64,000 bases of DNA from Deltaproteobacteria bacterium. GTDB lineage: Bacteria; Bacillota; Clostridia; Acetivibrionales; UBA4821. The DNA is taken from assembly GCA_050258375.1 (NCBI GenBank), contig JBLMYQ010000068.1, forward strand, positions 27,913 through 91,912, written 5' to 3'. The notes beneath the pieces were generated by a model that was given only the letters and a program-made list of their open reading frames with translations, ran no database searches and was not told where the DNA came from. How positions within the stretch are numbered: the first letter of the stretch is position 1; every line of letters begins with the position of its first letter. Below, in pieces: positions 46,207 through 55,513 of this stretch. The position numbers were made by a program, and so were the translations under genes.

Positions 46207-47252
46207 TTACTTAGCCTCCCAAATGGTAATACATAAAAAAATGGATACTCTTTCAATAGAGTTTCTTTAGATAAGTTCATTATTTTATCATTAAAAATTC
46301 TAGTATAATAAAAATATTCTCTATCCTGAGTTCCCCATCTTTTTTTGAAGTCATAGACCCCATTCTGAGAAGTCCATGTGCCTCCCCAATTCCACCATTC
46401 ATAACCTCTTCCTATAGCATCTTTCATAGCTTCAAAAATACATAAGCTTAATCCTTGCTTATTTCTATAGTCTTCCTCTATTACCGGAGTATAATATTCA
46501 ACTGTTTTGTTAAAGTAAAATACAAGTAATGCTGCTATTGGCTTATTTTCTAAGTACGCAGTATAAATTTTAAAGTCTTTTTCTCCATAAAACACCTGTG
46601 ATATCAATTCGAAAAAATTTTTCGGTTTTTCTATTCCACCAATTTTAAGCATATTATTTGAATGCACACTCATTAAAAATCTTAATATATCATCACTATA
46701 ATCAGAAGAAACCCTAACCTTTTCTTTCTTTGCTTTTCTAATAGTATTTCGTGTTTTATAATGATAAATATTAAATAAGTCGTTTTCGATTTCTTCAGTA
46801 TATGTAGGCAATTTAGTTAATTGTCCAACTCTATTATCTTTAAAAGTGAAACATACTTTTTCATCGTAAAAATTAATATTCTCCTCAAAAGGAGAAGTGA
46901 TTATTGTTGCTGAAACACAATTTTTCCCTTCAGCCAATGCATAAAAAGCATTTATTAGTTGTTCTTTAACTAATTCATTTCCTTCATATTCTATTACTCC
47001 TCCATTACTTCCATAAAAGGGTAATGAGTTTAGTACAGCTCCAAAATTCCCGTTATCTTTTAAAAAGGATGGTAATATCCCTAACACCTTATCATCTTCA
47101 TCTAATGCCATAAAATAATAATCTTTTGCTTCAAGAAGCTTCTTTAAAAGGATCCGATATTTATTAGATGCAAAAAGCATAGAATATGGACTTTGTATAA
47201 GATATTCTTCATATTTATCTACTAATTGATCATTAAGTAAAGCTATATGCAT
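46203..47252 (-). CDS. FemAB-like / Acetyltransf_6 (GNAT-fold) family protein
   Basis: 349 aa. Two-lobed GNAT-like pattern with C-terminal ...GYEWWNWGGT...GVYDFKKRWG, typical of FemAB-related acyl/aminoacyl transferases. Call by eye. Confidence 0.55.
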   Translation of the reverse strand: MHIALLNDQLVDKYEEYLIQSPYSMLFASNKYRILLKKLLEAKDYYFMALDEDDKVLGILPSFLKDNGNFGAVLNSLPFYGSNGGVIEYEGNELVKEQLINAFYALAEGKNCVSATIITSPFEENINFYDEKVCFTFKDNRVGQLTKLPTYTEEIENDLFNIYHYKTRNTIRKAKKEKVRVSSDYSDDILRFLMSVHSNNMLKIGGIEKPKNFFELISQVFYGEKDFKIYTAYLENKPIAALLVFYFNKTVEYYTPVIEEDYRNKQGLSLCIFEAMKDAIGRGYEWWNWGGTWTSQNGVYDFKKRWGTQDREYFYYTRIFNDKIMNLSKETLLKEYPFFYVLPFGRLSK

Positions 47253-48286
47253 TATAAACCCTCAGAATTATAAATATTATTAACGCTTTCAATGATAATC
47301 CCAATCTCATTTTCTTTTAATGAAGGATATATAGGTATTGAAATTGTCTCATTAAAAAGTTTAACAGCATTAGGAAATTGTTTATCATCTATTTCTAACA
47401 TACGATGTAGTAATTGATCGACACCTTTCCTGATTATCGTTCCCTGATCCTCGAACCTTCTTTGGACAGATATAAAATCATTAATTTTATCGCTTCTCAA
47501 AAGAAAACGAAAAAAAATAGTTTTATTCTTAATTTCATTAATATTATTGGTTAGATTATTAGGCAAATCACTTAGATATCTCTCAGCAATTTCCCTTCGA
47601 ATTTTTAAAAAATCGCTATACCTTTTAAGCTGGCTAATTCCTAATGCCGCTTGTAAATCTGTCAATCCTGAAATGACGCTATTGTTACTCAATTTTCTAA
47701 TTTTAGATTGTATTTCAGGCTTTTTTGCTATTACTGCCCCACCTTCTCCTGTCGTTAAGCATTTTGTTGAATGAAATGAAAAAAAGCCTATATCGCCAAA
47801 AGTTCCAACCTTTTTGCCTTTAAATTCTGTACCAAAAGCTTGACAGCAATCTTCAATTATATCTACACCAAGACTTAAAAAATCTTCAACATCTGCTGCT
47901 ATACCAAAAATGTGAACAACAATTATCGCTTTTGTTTTAGGTGATAACAAATGCATTACGTTTTCTTTCTCGACACACCAATTTTCACCTATATCACATA
48001 GAACTGCTTTAGCTCCTACGGATTTTACTGCTCTTAGAACAGACTCACACACATATGTTGGAACAATAACTTCATCTCCATTGCCGATTTCCAAGGCTTT
48101 TAGAGCTAATACCAATGCATACGTTCCATTGCCGCTAACTACAGAACTAGGGTAATTAAAATATTCAGCAATATTACTTTCAAATATCTTAACCAAATTG
48201 CCATTAGCAATCATTTTACTTCTTAAAACATTACTTATGTCTTCAATATCTTCATCAATAATAAATGGTTTTGAATGAGTAATCAT
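47252..48286 (-). CDS. DegT/DnrJ/EryC1/StrS-family PLP-dependent sugar aminotransferase
   Basis: 344 aa. ...FSFHSTKCLTTGEGGA (PLP-Lys motif) and N-terminal ...SGNGTYALVLALKAL. Confidence 0.85.
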   Translation of the reverse strand: MITHSKPFIIDEDIEDISNVLRSKMIANGNLVKIFESNIAEYFNYPSSVVSGNGTYALVLALKALEIGNGDEVIVPTYVCESVLRAVKSVGAKAVLCDIGENWCVEKENVMHLLSPKTKAIIVVHIFGIAADVEDFLSLGVDIIEDCCQAFGTEFKGKKVGTFGDIGFFSFHSTKCLTTGEGGAVIAKKPEIQSKIRKLSNNSVISGLTDLQAALGISQLKRYSDFLKIRREIAERYLSDLPNNLTNNINEIKNKTIFFRFLLRSDKINDFISVQRRFEDQGTIIRKGVDQLLHRMLEIDDKQFPNAVKLFNETISIPIYPSLKENEIGIIIESVNNIYNSEGL

Positions 48287-48290
48287 TTCA

Positions 48291-50174
48291 TCACCCTAAA
48301 ATAAATTTTTTACACCAAATTTCGAAGTTCAATAATGACCAAATAAGTAGTCTTCTATTTTGTTTGCCCTCTAAATGTTGATTTAACAATGTCTTAATTG
48401 CTGCAAAATCCATAAAATTATAAATGTTTGCATTCTTATCAAGTAGTATTCTTTTAATATATTCTATACTTTCTCCCCTAAACCATGATGCATCAGGCGC
48501 TGAAAACCCTTGTTTTTTACCCTCCGCAATTTCTGGGGGAATGAACTTGCTCATTGCTTCCCTAAACAAAAGCTTACCATCTTTTGTTTTATTGTAATAA
48601 TTTGTTGTTTTAGGTCCTGGATCATTTTCATTCAAACTTATGATTTCAGTTAAATTTTTAAGCTTAAATCTTGCTGGTACTTTCATAGCAAAATCAACAA
48701 GGTCATTATCTAAAAACGGCACTCTTGTTTCTAGACTATGTGCCATACTTAATTTATCTTCTATAATAAGTAATCCATGAAGAAACGTCTTAGATTCAAA
48801 GTATAATGAATGATTTACATAATCTTCAGGTCTTGTTAACTCATGAGCATACGTTTGAAATACGCTTTTAAATATATCTCTTGTAGAAACATGACTAATC
48901 TTTCTCCAAACAGGACTAAATACATCTGCTGTAATATCACTGGGAATTAATCTCTGCCAAAAATTATAGTAATTATCTATATAATCTTCAAAATTATCGT
49001 TAGATATTGCCGTATAATAGCGCCAAGGATATCCAGCGAATAATTCATCTCCACCAGTTCCAGACAATACAACCTTTACAAACTTGGATGCAAGCTGGGA
49101 AACATAATAATTAGGATAACTTTGTCCTACTCTTGGTTCCTCAACATGCAAAACCAAATTTGGCATTATTCTTTCCATATCTCCAGCCTTTAACACCATT
49201 TCATAGTGCTCCGTCTTAAATAAAGAAGACATATATTCAGCTTTTTGTCTTTCATCGAATCCTAATTCTAAGCCTGATGCTGAACTGAGATCAAATCCGC
49301 ATGTAAAGGATTTTATATATGGTAATTTACTTGCAGCGATTGCAGTAATAGAACCGGAATCAATACCTCCACTTAAATACGCACCTAATTCTACATCACT
49401 GACTAATTGCCTCTCAACCGCTTGCTTAAATAATCTCTGTAATTCTTCTATATATTCTTCCTTACTGGAATACATTTGATTTTCTTTAAAATCAAAATCC
49501 CAAAAATTTACTAAATTCAACTTGTTTGAATTGTTTTTAATATCAATCTTTGCATAATACCCAGCAGGGAATATGCTCACTCCTTGAAATAAAGTCTTTT
49601 CAGTAAAAATATTTTGAAAAGTAAAATATTCAAGCATACCCTCCAAATCTAAATTCTTTTTAAACTCTGGATGTTGAATTATAACTTTCTGTTCTGACCC
49701 AAAAATAAAACTATTTCCAATGAATGAATAATATAACGGTTTTACCCCATATCTATCTCGTGCTATAAAAAGTTCTTTAGTTTTACTATCCCAAATCACA
49801 AAACAAAACATCCCATTAAAATGTTTAACACAATCAACGCCCCACTGGACATACGAATACAAAATAACTTCTGTGTCTGTTGATGATTTAAATGAATATC
49901 CGATTTTCTCAAGCTCTTTTTTTAACTCTCTAAAGTTATATATTTCTCCATTATAGACAATTGCATACCTTTTGTCAGTTGTAAACATCGGTTGAATACC
50001 CATTTTTGACAAGTCAATTATTGCTAATCGTCTATGTCCTAAGCCTATATGCCCATCAACAAAAAAGCCTTCTCCGTCAGGTCCTCTATGCGCTATTGCT
50101 CTTGTCATTTTTTCTAGTATTTTTATTGAAACAGGCTCATAATTAAAATTAATAATTCCTGCAATACCACACAT
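48291..50174 (-). CDS. asnB: Asparagine synthetase B-type amidotransferase, paralog 4 (subfamily II)
   Basis: 627 aa. MCGIAG, GHRRLAIID, PP-loop SGGIDSG, GTGGDELFAGY, SMAHSLETRVPFLD. Confidence 0.85.
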   Translation of the reverse strand: MCGIAGIINFNYEPVSIKILEKMTRAIAHRGPDGEGFFVDGHIGLGHRRLAIIDLSKMGIQPMFTTDKRYAIVYNGEIYNFRELKKELEKIGYSFKSSTDTEVILYSYVQWGVDCVKHFNGMFCFVIWDSKTKELFIARDRYGVKPLYYSFIGNSFIFGSEQKVIIQHPEFKKNLDLEGMLEYFTFQNIFTEKTLFQGVSIFPAGYYAKIDIKNNSNKLNLVNFWDFDFKENQMYSSKEEYIEELQRLFKQAVERQLVSDVELGAYLSGGIDSGSITAIAASKLPYIKSFTCGFDLSSASGLELGFDERQKAEYMSSLFKTEHYEMVLKAGDMERIMPNLVLHVEEPRVGQSYPNYYVSQLASKFVKVVLSGTGGDELFAGYPWRYYTAISNDNFEDYIDNYYNFWQRLIPSDITADVFSPVWRKISHVSTRDIFKSVFQTYAHELTRPEDYVNHSLYFESKTFLHGLLIIEDKLSMAHSLETRVPFLDNDLVDFAMKVPARFKLKNLTEIISLNENDPGPKTTNYYNKTKDGKLLFREAMSKFIPPEIAEGKKQGFSAPDASWFRGESIEYIKRILLDKNANIYNFMDFAAIKTLLNQHLEGKQNRRLLIWSLLNFEIWCKKFILG

Positions 50175-50187
50175 TAATATGCTCCTT

Positions 50188-51402
50188 CTATAACATCAAT
50201 TTCAATTGATTTATAACATATTCTTGTTCAGTATCTGTCATATTTGCATAAAGTGGCAAAGTAATTGTTAACCTATCTGCTTTATACGAATTTATAAATT
50301 GATGATCTTTAAAAGCATATTTCTTTTTATAGTAATTCAGCATATGAACTGCATGGGTTCCCTGTCTTGTTGAAATTCCTTTTTCGTCTAACTTGTGCAT
50401 CAATTCATTCCTAAATTTTGAAGCTTCTTCAAAGTCTTTAATATTTAGTTTATCAGCATTTAATAAGCAAACATACGATTGATAACCATGTTCAAATTCG
50501 TTTGGAACAAATGGAGGAGTTAAATAATCTATATTAGTTAACTCCTTATCATATATTTCAGCTCTTTTTTTACGTTCATTAATAATCCAACTTGCTTTTT
50601 TCATTTGTTCATAACCAATTGCCCCTTGAATGTCCGTCATTCTATAGTTATAGCCTAAATAATTATACTCTGGAAGAAGATACCCCGAATGATTATGCCT
50701 TTGTAAATCGCTTATCTCTGCGCCATGATTTCTTAGCACATTAATGTTATTTGCATATTCTCCTGAATCAGTAGTAATCATTCCACCCTCGCCAGTTGTA
50801 ATCGCTTTTCTAGGATGCAAGCTATAACAAGCCATATTACCAAAGCTACCAATATGCTTTTCTTTTATCCTTCCTCCCAAGGCACAAGCTGCATCTTCAA
50901 TAACAGTAAGATTATAACGTTTGGCTATATTGTTTATCTCTATAATGTCAGCAGGCAAACCAAAAAGATGCACAGGCATTATTGCCTTTAATCTATTTCC
51001 CGTTAATTTGTTTTTAAAGAAACCTAAATTATCATCAAATGCATATTCATTATTTATTAAGCTTTCTACATTATTAATAGATATATTATATGTACGAATA
51101 TCAATATCGCAAAATACAGGCGTTGCACCAGTATACTCAATTGCATTAGCTGTAGCAATAAACGTAAAAGAGGGTACGATAACATCGTCCCCATTAGTAA
51201 TCCCTTCAATGGCTAAAGCAATATGCAAAGCTGTAGTACATGAAGTTACAGCTTTTGAATAATTGACACCTGTAAAATCCGAAAAAGCTTTTTCGAAATT
51301 TTCGACCATCAAGCCCTGAACAAGCCAGCCTGATTGCAATACTATTGAAACGGCTTGTATTTCCTGCTCATCAAAAATAGGTTTTGTTATAGGTATTTTC
51401 AT
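50188..51402 (-). CDS. DegT/DnrJ/EryC1/StrS-family PLP-dependent sugar aminotransferase
   Basis: 404 aa. ...YSLHPRKAITTGEGGM (PLP-Lys motif) and SCTTALHIALA. Confidence 0.85.
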   Translation of the reverse strand: MKIPITKPIFDEQEIQAVSIVLQSGWLVQGLMVENFEKAFSDFTGVNYSKAVTSCTTALHIALAIEGITNGDDVIVPSFTFIATANAIEYTGATPVFCDIDIRTYNISINNVESLINNEYAFDDNLGFFKNKLTGNRLKAIMPVHLFGLPADIIEINNIAKRYNLTVIEDAACALGGRIKEKHIGSFGNMACYSLHPRKAITTGEGGMITTDSGEYANNINVLRNHGAEISDLQRHNHSGYLLPEYNYLGYNYRMTDIQGAIGYEQMKKASWIINERKKRAEIYDKELTNIDYLTPPFVPNEFEHGYQSYVCLLNADKLNIKDFEEASKFRNELMHKLDEKGISTRQGTHAVHMLNYYKKKYAFKDHQFINSYKADRLTITLPLYANMTDTEQEYVINQLKLML

Positions 51403-52374
51403 CTATTTATACCTTTCTATATGTTTTTTTCTCCATTCAATTAACGTTTCAAGTCCCTCTTTTAATTCAATTTTAGCCTTGAAGCCTAAATCCTTTTCAG
51501 AATTCACAGTACTTCCTATTCTGTTCGTTACAAAGGTTTGCCCAGCAGGTTCATATTGTATTTTTAAATCAGAGCCTGTTATTTCTAAAACCATTTCACA
51601 CAATTCTTTTATTGTTGTTTTTTTGCCCATTCCAACATTATAGAACTTATCTGTAGCATCTGATTTCAACGCACAAACATTTGCTCTTCCAACATCTGAA
51701 ACATATATAAAGTCATAAGCCTGTGAACCATCCCCATAAACAATTGGAGGTAAGCCCTGATCGATTCTATCAAGAATCTTCATTATAACTGCAACATAAG
51801 TGCCTTTATAATCCTGCCTAGCTCCATAAACATTCATATACCTTAATCCTGTATAATTAAGCTTATATCTTTCATAAAAGGCACGGCACATATGCTCTCC
51901 AGCAATTTTTGTTGCTCCATAAAATGTTCTATTATTATATGGATGATCTTCTGTCATTGGAATTTCAACTGCATCACCATAAACTGAAGCAGAGGAAGAA
52001 TATACAAGCTTTTTGATATTATTATTTGCACAAGCCTCAAGTACATTAAATGTTCCTCTTATATTAACATCAAAAGCAGCTCTTGGGTATTCATAACATT
52101 GAAGTAACCAAAGTGCTGCCAAGTGAAAAACATAATCTTTTCCTTTAATTGCTGAATTAAGTATATCAGTTTGTGTTATATCTCCGCCAACCTCATAAAT
52201 TTTCACTCTAGGATCTTTTAATGCAGCTTCAAGATTATTTTTGGTTCCTCTACAAAAATTATCATAAATAACAATCTCTTCAACGTCTTCTTTAATAAGC
52301 TCTTCAACTACATGTGAACCAATTAATCCTGCACCACCTATTACTAAAACCTTACCACCTTTGATATCCGGCAT
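51403..52374 (-). CDS. NAD-dependent epimerase/dehydratase (extended SDR)
   Basis: 323 aa. VIGGAGLIGSHV, catalytic YGATK. Confidence 0.85.
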   Translation of the reverse strand: MPDIKGGKVLVIGGAGLIGSHVVEELIKEDVEEIVIYDNFCRGTKNNLEAALKDPRVKIYEVGGDITQTDILNSAIKGKDYVFHLAALWLLQCYEYPRAAFDVNIRGTFNVLEACANNNIKKLVYSSSASVYGDAVEIPMTEDHPYNNRTFYGATKIAGEHMCRAFYERYKLNYTGLRYMNVYGARQDYKGTYVAVIMKILDRIDQGLPPIVYGDGSQAYDFIYVSDVGRANVCALKSDATDKFYNVGMGKKTTIKELCEMVLEITGSDLKIQYEPAGQTFVTNRIGSTVNSEKDLGFKAKIELKEGLETLIEWRKKHIERYK

Positions 52375-52401
52375 ATTTATACCTCTCTATTTTAATCCTC
52401 T

Positions 52402-53712
52402 TTATAATACTTCAATATTATTTCTTGCTTCAACCTTCTTCATTGCATTCTTAGTATCAAAAACCATTTTCGAATTCTTCTGTACAAATTCATAATCTAC
52501 AGTTGAATGTGCAGTTGTAACTACTACCAAGTCCATACTCCTTAGCATTTCCTTGCTAAACTCGCAGCCTTCGTACCTCTTCCCTTTATACTTAAACTTC
52601 GTAACATACGGATCATAATATGATACAATGCTTCCTTCTTTTGAAAAATTATCTATCAGCTTTAGTGCCGGGCTTTCTCTATAATCATCTATATCCTGCT
52701 TATATGCAATACCTAATATTAAAATCTTTGAATCCTTTAAAGGCTTGCCAAATCTGTTCAATATTCTTGATGACCTTTCAACTACATACTGCGGCATATA
52801 ATTATTAATTTCTCCTGATATCTCAATCAACCTTGTATGATAATCATACTCTCTTGCCTTCCATGTAAGATAATATGGATCCAGAGGAATACAATGTCCT
52901 CCAATACCGGGTCCTGGATAAAAAGCCTGAAATCCGTAAGGCTTGGTCTTTGCAGCCTCAATTACTTCCCAAACATTTATTCCCATCTTATCACATATTA
53001 TAGCCATTTCATTTGCCAAACCAATATTGATATTTCTATAGGTATTCTCGAGTATCTTTTCCATTTCAGCAACTTCAGGGCTGGAAACCTGAAAAATATC
53101 ACTTTCTAATATACTTCCATAAAGTGCAGCTGCCAGCTCGGTACTATCTTTTCCGATTCCTCCAACCACCTTCGGTGTATTTTTTGTTTTAAAATAAGCA
53201 TTACCGGGGTCAACTCTTTCAGGGGAAAAAGCAAGATAAAAATCCTTTTCACATTGAAGACCCGAAATCTTTTCAATTATAGGCTTCACAAGCTCCCTTG
53301 TCGTGCCCGGGTAAGTAGTGCTTTCAAGTACTACCAGCATACCTGCATGCATGTGCTTTGCAATTTCTTCGGCTGAAGCTTTTACATAGCTAATATCAGG
53401 CTGTTGGTAAGCATCAAGAGGGGTTGGCACACAAATTGCGACACAGTCAACCTCTTTAATTAATGAATAATCAACTGTAGCTTTTAACAGTCCATCCTTG
53501 ATAACCATTTGAAGGTCTTTATCAACTATATCACCAATATAATTATGACCTTCGTTAACCATGTTCACTCTTTCTGCCTGCACATCAAATCCAATAACCT
53601 TATAGCCAGCCTTTGCCTTTTCTACTGCAAGTGGAAGACCAACATAACCCAGTCCTACAACTCCTACAACAGCTGTTTTCTCATTAATCTTCTTTAATAG
53701 AGTCTGTTTCAT
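52402..53712 (-). CDS. Nucleotide-sugar 6-dehydrogenase (WbpA-like UDP-N-acetyl-D-glucosamine dehydrogenase)
   Basis: VVGLGYVGLPLA, catalytic GPGIGGHCIPLDP. Start set at the ATG at 53712 (GGAGGA SD). First gene of the WbpA/B/D/E-like set in biochemical order. Confidence 0.8.
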   Translation of the reverse strand: MKQTLLKKINEKTAVVGVVGLGYVGLPLAVEKAKAGYKVIGFDVQAERVNMVNEGHNYIGDIVDKDLQMVIKDGLLKATVDYSLIKEVDCVAICVPTPLDAYQQPDISYVKASAEEIAKHMHAGMLVVLESTTYPGTTRELVKPIIEKISGLQCEKDFYLAFSPERVDPGNAYFKTKNTPKVVGGIGKDSTELAAALYGSILESDIFQVSSPEVAEMEKILENTYRNINIGLANEMAIICDKMGINVWEVIEAAKTKPYGFQAFYPGPGIGGHCIPLDPYYLTWKAREYDYHTRLIEISGEINNYMPQYVVERSSRILNRFGKPLKDSKILILGIAYKQDIDDYRESPALKLIDNFSKEGSIVSYYDPYVTKFKYKGKRYEGCEFSKEMLRSMDLVVVTTAHSTVDYEFVQKNSKMVFDTKNAMKKVEARNNIEVL

Positions 53713-53727
53713 AAAATCCTCCAAACA

Positions 53728-54801
53728 TTATATGTCAAACGGTATAGTTACTATTTTCCCTTCTCTGGATGATTTATATACGGCAAGTATAAGCTCAAGT
53801 GCTTTTCTTCCGCTTCTGCCATCAGTTATAGGCTTTGCATTGTTCTTTAAAACATCTATAACATTTTCATAATAAGCAGCGTGCCCCAACCCATAAATAT
53901 TAGGCGGCTCATAATTTGAACTTTTTATTAAATTATCATCTTCATTTTCCTGCTCGAAATTCCATTCTTCTATATGATTAAGTGCAACCCCGCCAATCCT
54001 TGCAGTCCCTTTTTCACCTATTACAGTTATACTTCCTTCAAGATTTTTGGGGTATGTAAGCATGGTAACATTTATATTTCCTACAGCACCATTTCTAAAT
54101 TTCATTACTGCAGAGCCGGTATCTTCAGCTTCAATCTTTCTGGCTAAGGTTGTTGTAATTGCAGAAACGCTTTCAACCGGACCACCAATCCATTCCAATA
54201 AATCTATATAGTGACTAGCCTGATTCATGAAGGCTCCGCCATCAAACTCCCATGTTCCTCTCCAGCTTGCATCATCATAATATGCTTGTGGTCTTGTCCA
54301 CAATACATTGGCAAGAATCATGTATATCCTACCGAATCTATTATTATCAACTGCTTTCTTTAATAATTGCATTGTTGAATTCAACCTATTTTGTTTCACT
54401 ACAAATAATTTTACTTTTTCCTGATCGCATACCTTTATCAACTCATCAGCAAGCTTAAGATTAGTTGCCATAGGCTTTTCAGATAATATATTAACCCCTT
54501 TTCTGGCTGCTTTTATTCCATGTTCGGGATGAAGACCACTTGGTGTACAAATTGAAACAATATCAAGCTTTTCGTTCTCAAGCATATTGTCTATATCAGT
54601 ATAAATTTTGGGTTTTTCTGCTTTGATACCTTTTTGAGCCAGATGTTGAATATATTCATTTGCCTTTTGTTCAGCTTTTTCTTTCATAATATCACAGACA
54701 GCAGTTATTTCCGCGTCGTTATTCAATTCAGCAAGAGCTTCTACATGCTTATATGAAATTCTTCCACAGCCAATTATTCCAAATCTGATTTTTCTAGACA
54801 T
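53728..54801 (-). CDS. Gfo/Idh/MocA-family oxidoreductase (WbpB-like 3-dehydrogenase)
   Basis: 357 aa. RFGIIGCGRIS N-terminus, ...LSEKPMA... Confidence 0.8.
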   Translation of the reverse strand: MSRKIRFGIIGCGRISYKHVEALAELNNDAEITAVCDIMKEKAEQKANEYIQHLAQKGIKAEKPKIYTDIDNMLENEKLDIVSICTPSGLHPEHGIKAARKGVNILSEKPMATNLKLADELIKVCDQEKVKLFVVKQNRLNSTMQLLKKAVDNNRFGRIYMILANVLWTRPQAYYDDASWRGTWEFDGGAFMNQASHYIDLLEWIGGPVESVSAITTTLARKIEAEDTGSAVMKFRNGAVGNINVTMLTYPKNLEGSITVIGEKGTARIGGVALNHIEEWNFEQENEDDNLIKSSNYEPPNIYGLGHAAYYENVIDVLKNNAKPITDGRSGRKALELILAVYKSSREGKIVTIPFDI

Positions 54802-54862
54802 TTTATTCTCCTTAATCTGCTAACTCCCTACCTATTCTCCCCTCACAATTGAAGGTGGGAAG

Positions 54863-55441
54863 TTAATCTGCGCATTTTACAAAATTATCTTCTAATACAT
54901 ATTTTTCATCACATGCATAGCAAGTATATTCCTGTGTGCTTGCAAAATCAAGTTTTTCTCCGCATTTGCATACCCAGCCTTTTACTCTTGCCGGATTCCC
55001 AACAACAAGCGCAAAATCAGGAATATTTTTTGTGACTACGGCTCCAGCCCCTATAAATGCATATTTTCCTATATCATGGCCGCATACGATAGTTGCATTT
55101 GCTCCAACCGAAGCTCCTTTTTTTACAATAGTTTTTTTATACTCATTTCTTCTATTAACATGACTTCTTGGGTTTATAACATTGGTAAAAACACATGAAG
55201 GTCCAAGAAATACATCATCTTCACAAATAACACCTGTATAAACAGAAACATTATTTTGTATCTTAACATTATTACCAAGAATAACCTCTGAAGATATTAC
55301 AACATTTTGCCCTATATTGCAATTTTCTCCTATTTTTGAATTACTCATTACATGAGAAAAATGCCATATTTTTGTTCCTTTTCCGATTTGACACGGCTCA
55401 TCAACATAGCTTGACTCGTGCACGAAGTATTCTTTCTCCAT
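54863..55441 (-). CDS. Left-handed beta-helix N-acetyltransferase (WbpD-like)
   Basis: 192 aa. Hexapeptide repeats ([36 protein letters not shown]). Confidence 0.8.
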   Translation of the reverse strand: MEKEYFVHESSYVDEPCQIGKGTKIWHFSHVMSNSKIGENCNIGQNVVISSEVILGNNVKIQNNVSVYTGVICEDDVFLGPSCVFTNVINPRSHVNRRNEYKKTIVKKGASVGANATIVCGHDIGKYAFIGAGAVVTKNIPDFALVVGNPARVKGWVCKCGEKLDFASTQEYTCYACDEKYVLEDNFVKCAD

Positions 55442-55513
55442 ACTATCATCATCCCTCTTGTTTAATATAAATACCCTACCGAACTTATGATATATATACT
55501 CTTGATTTTAATT

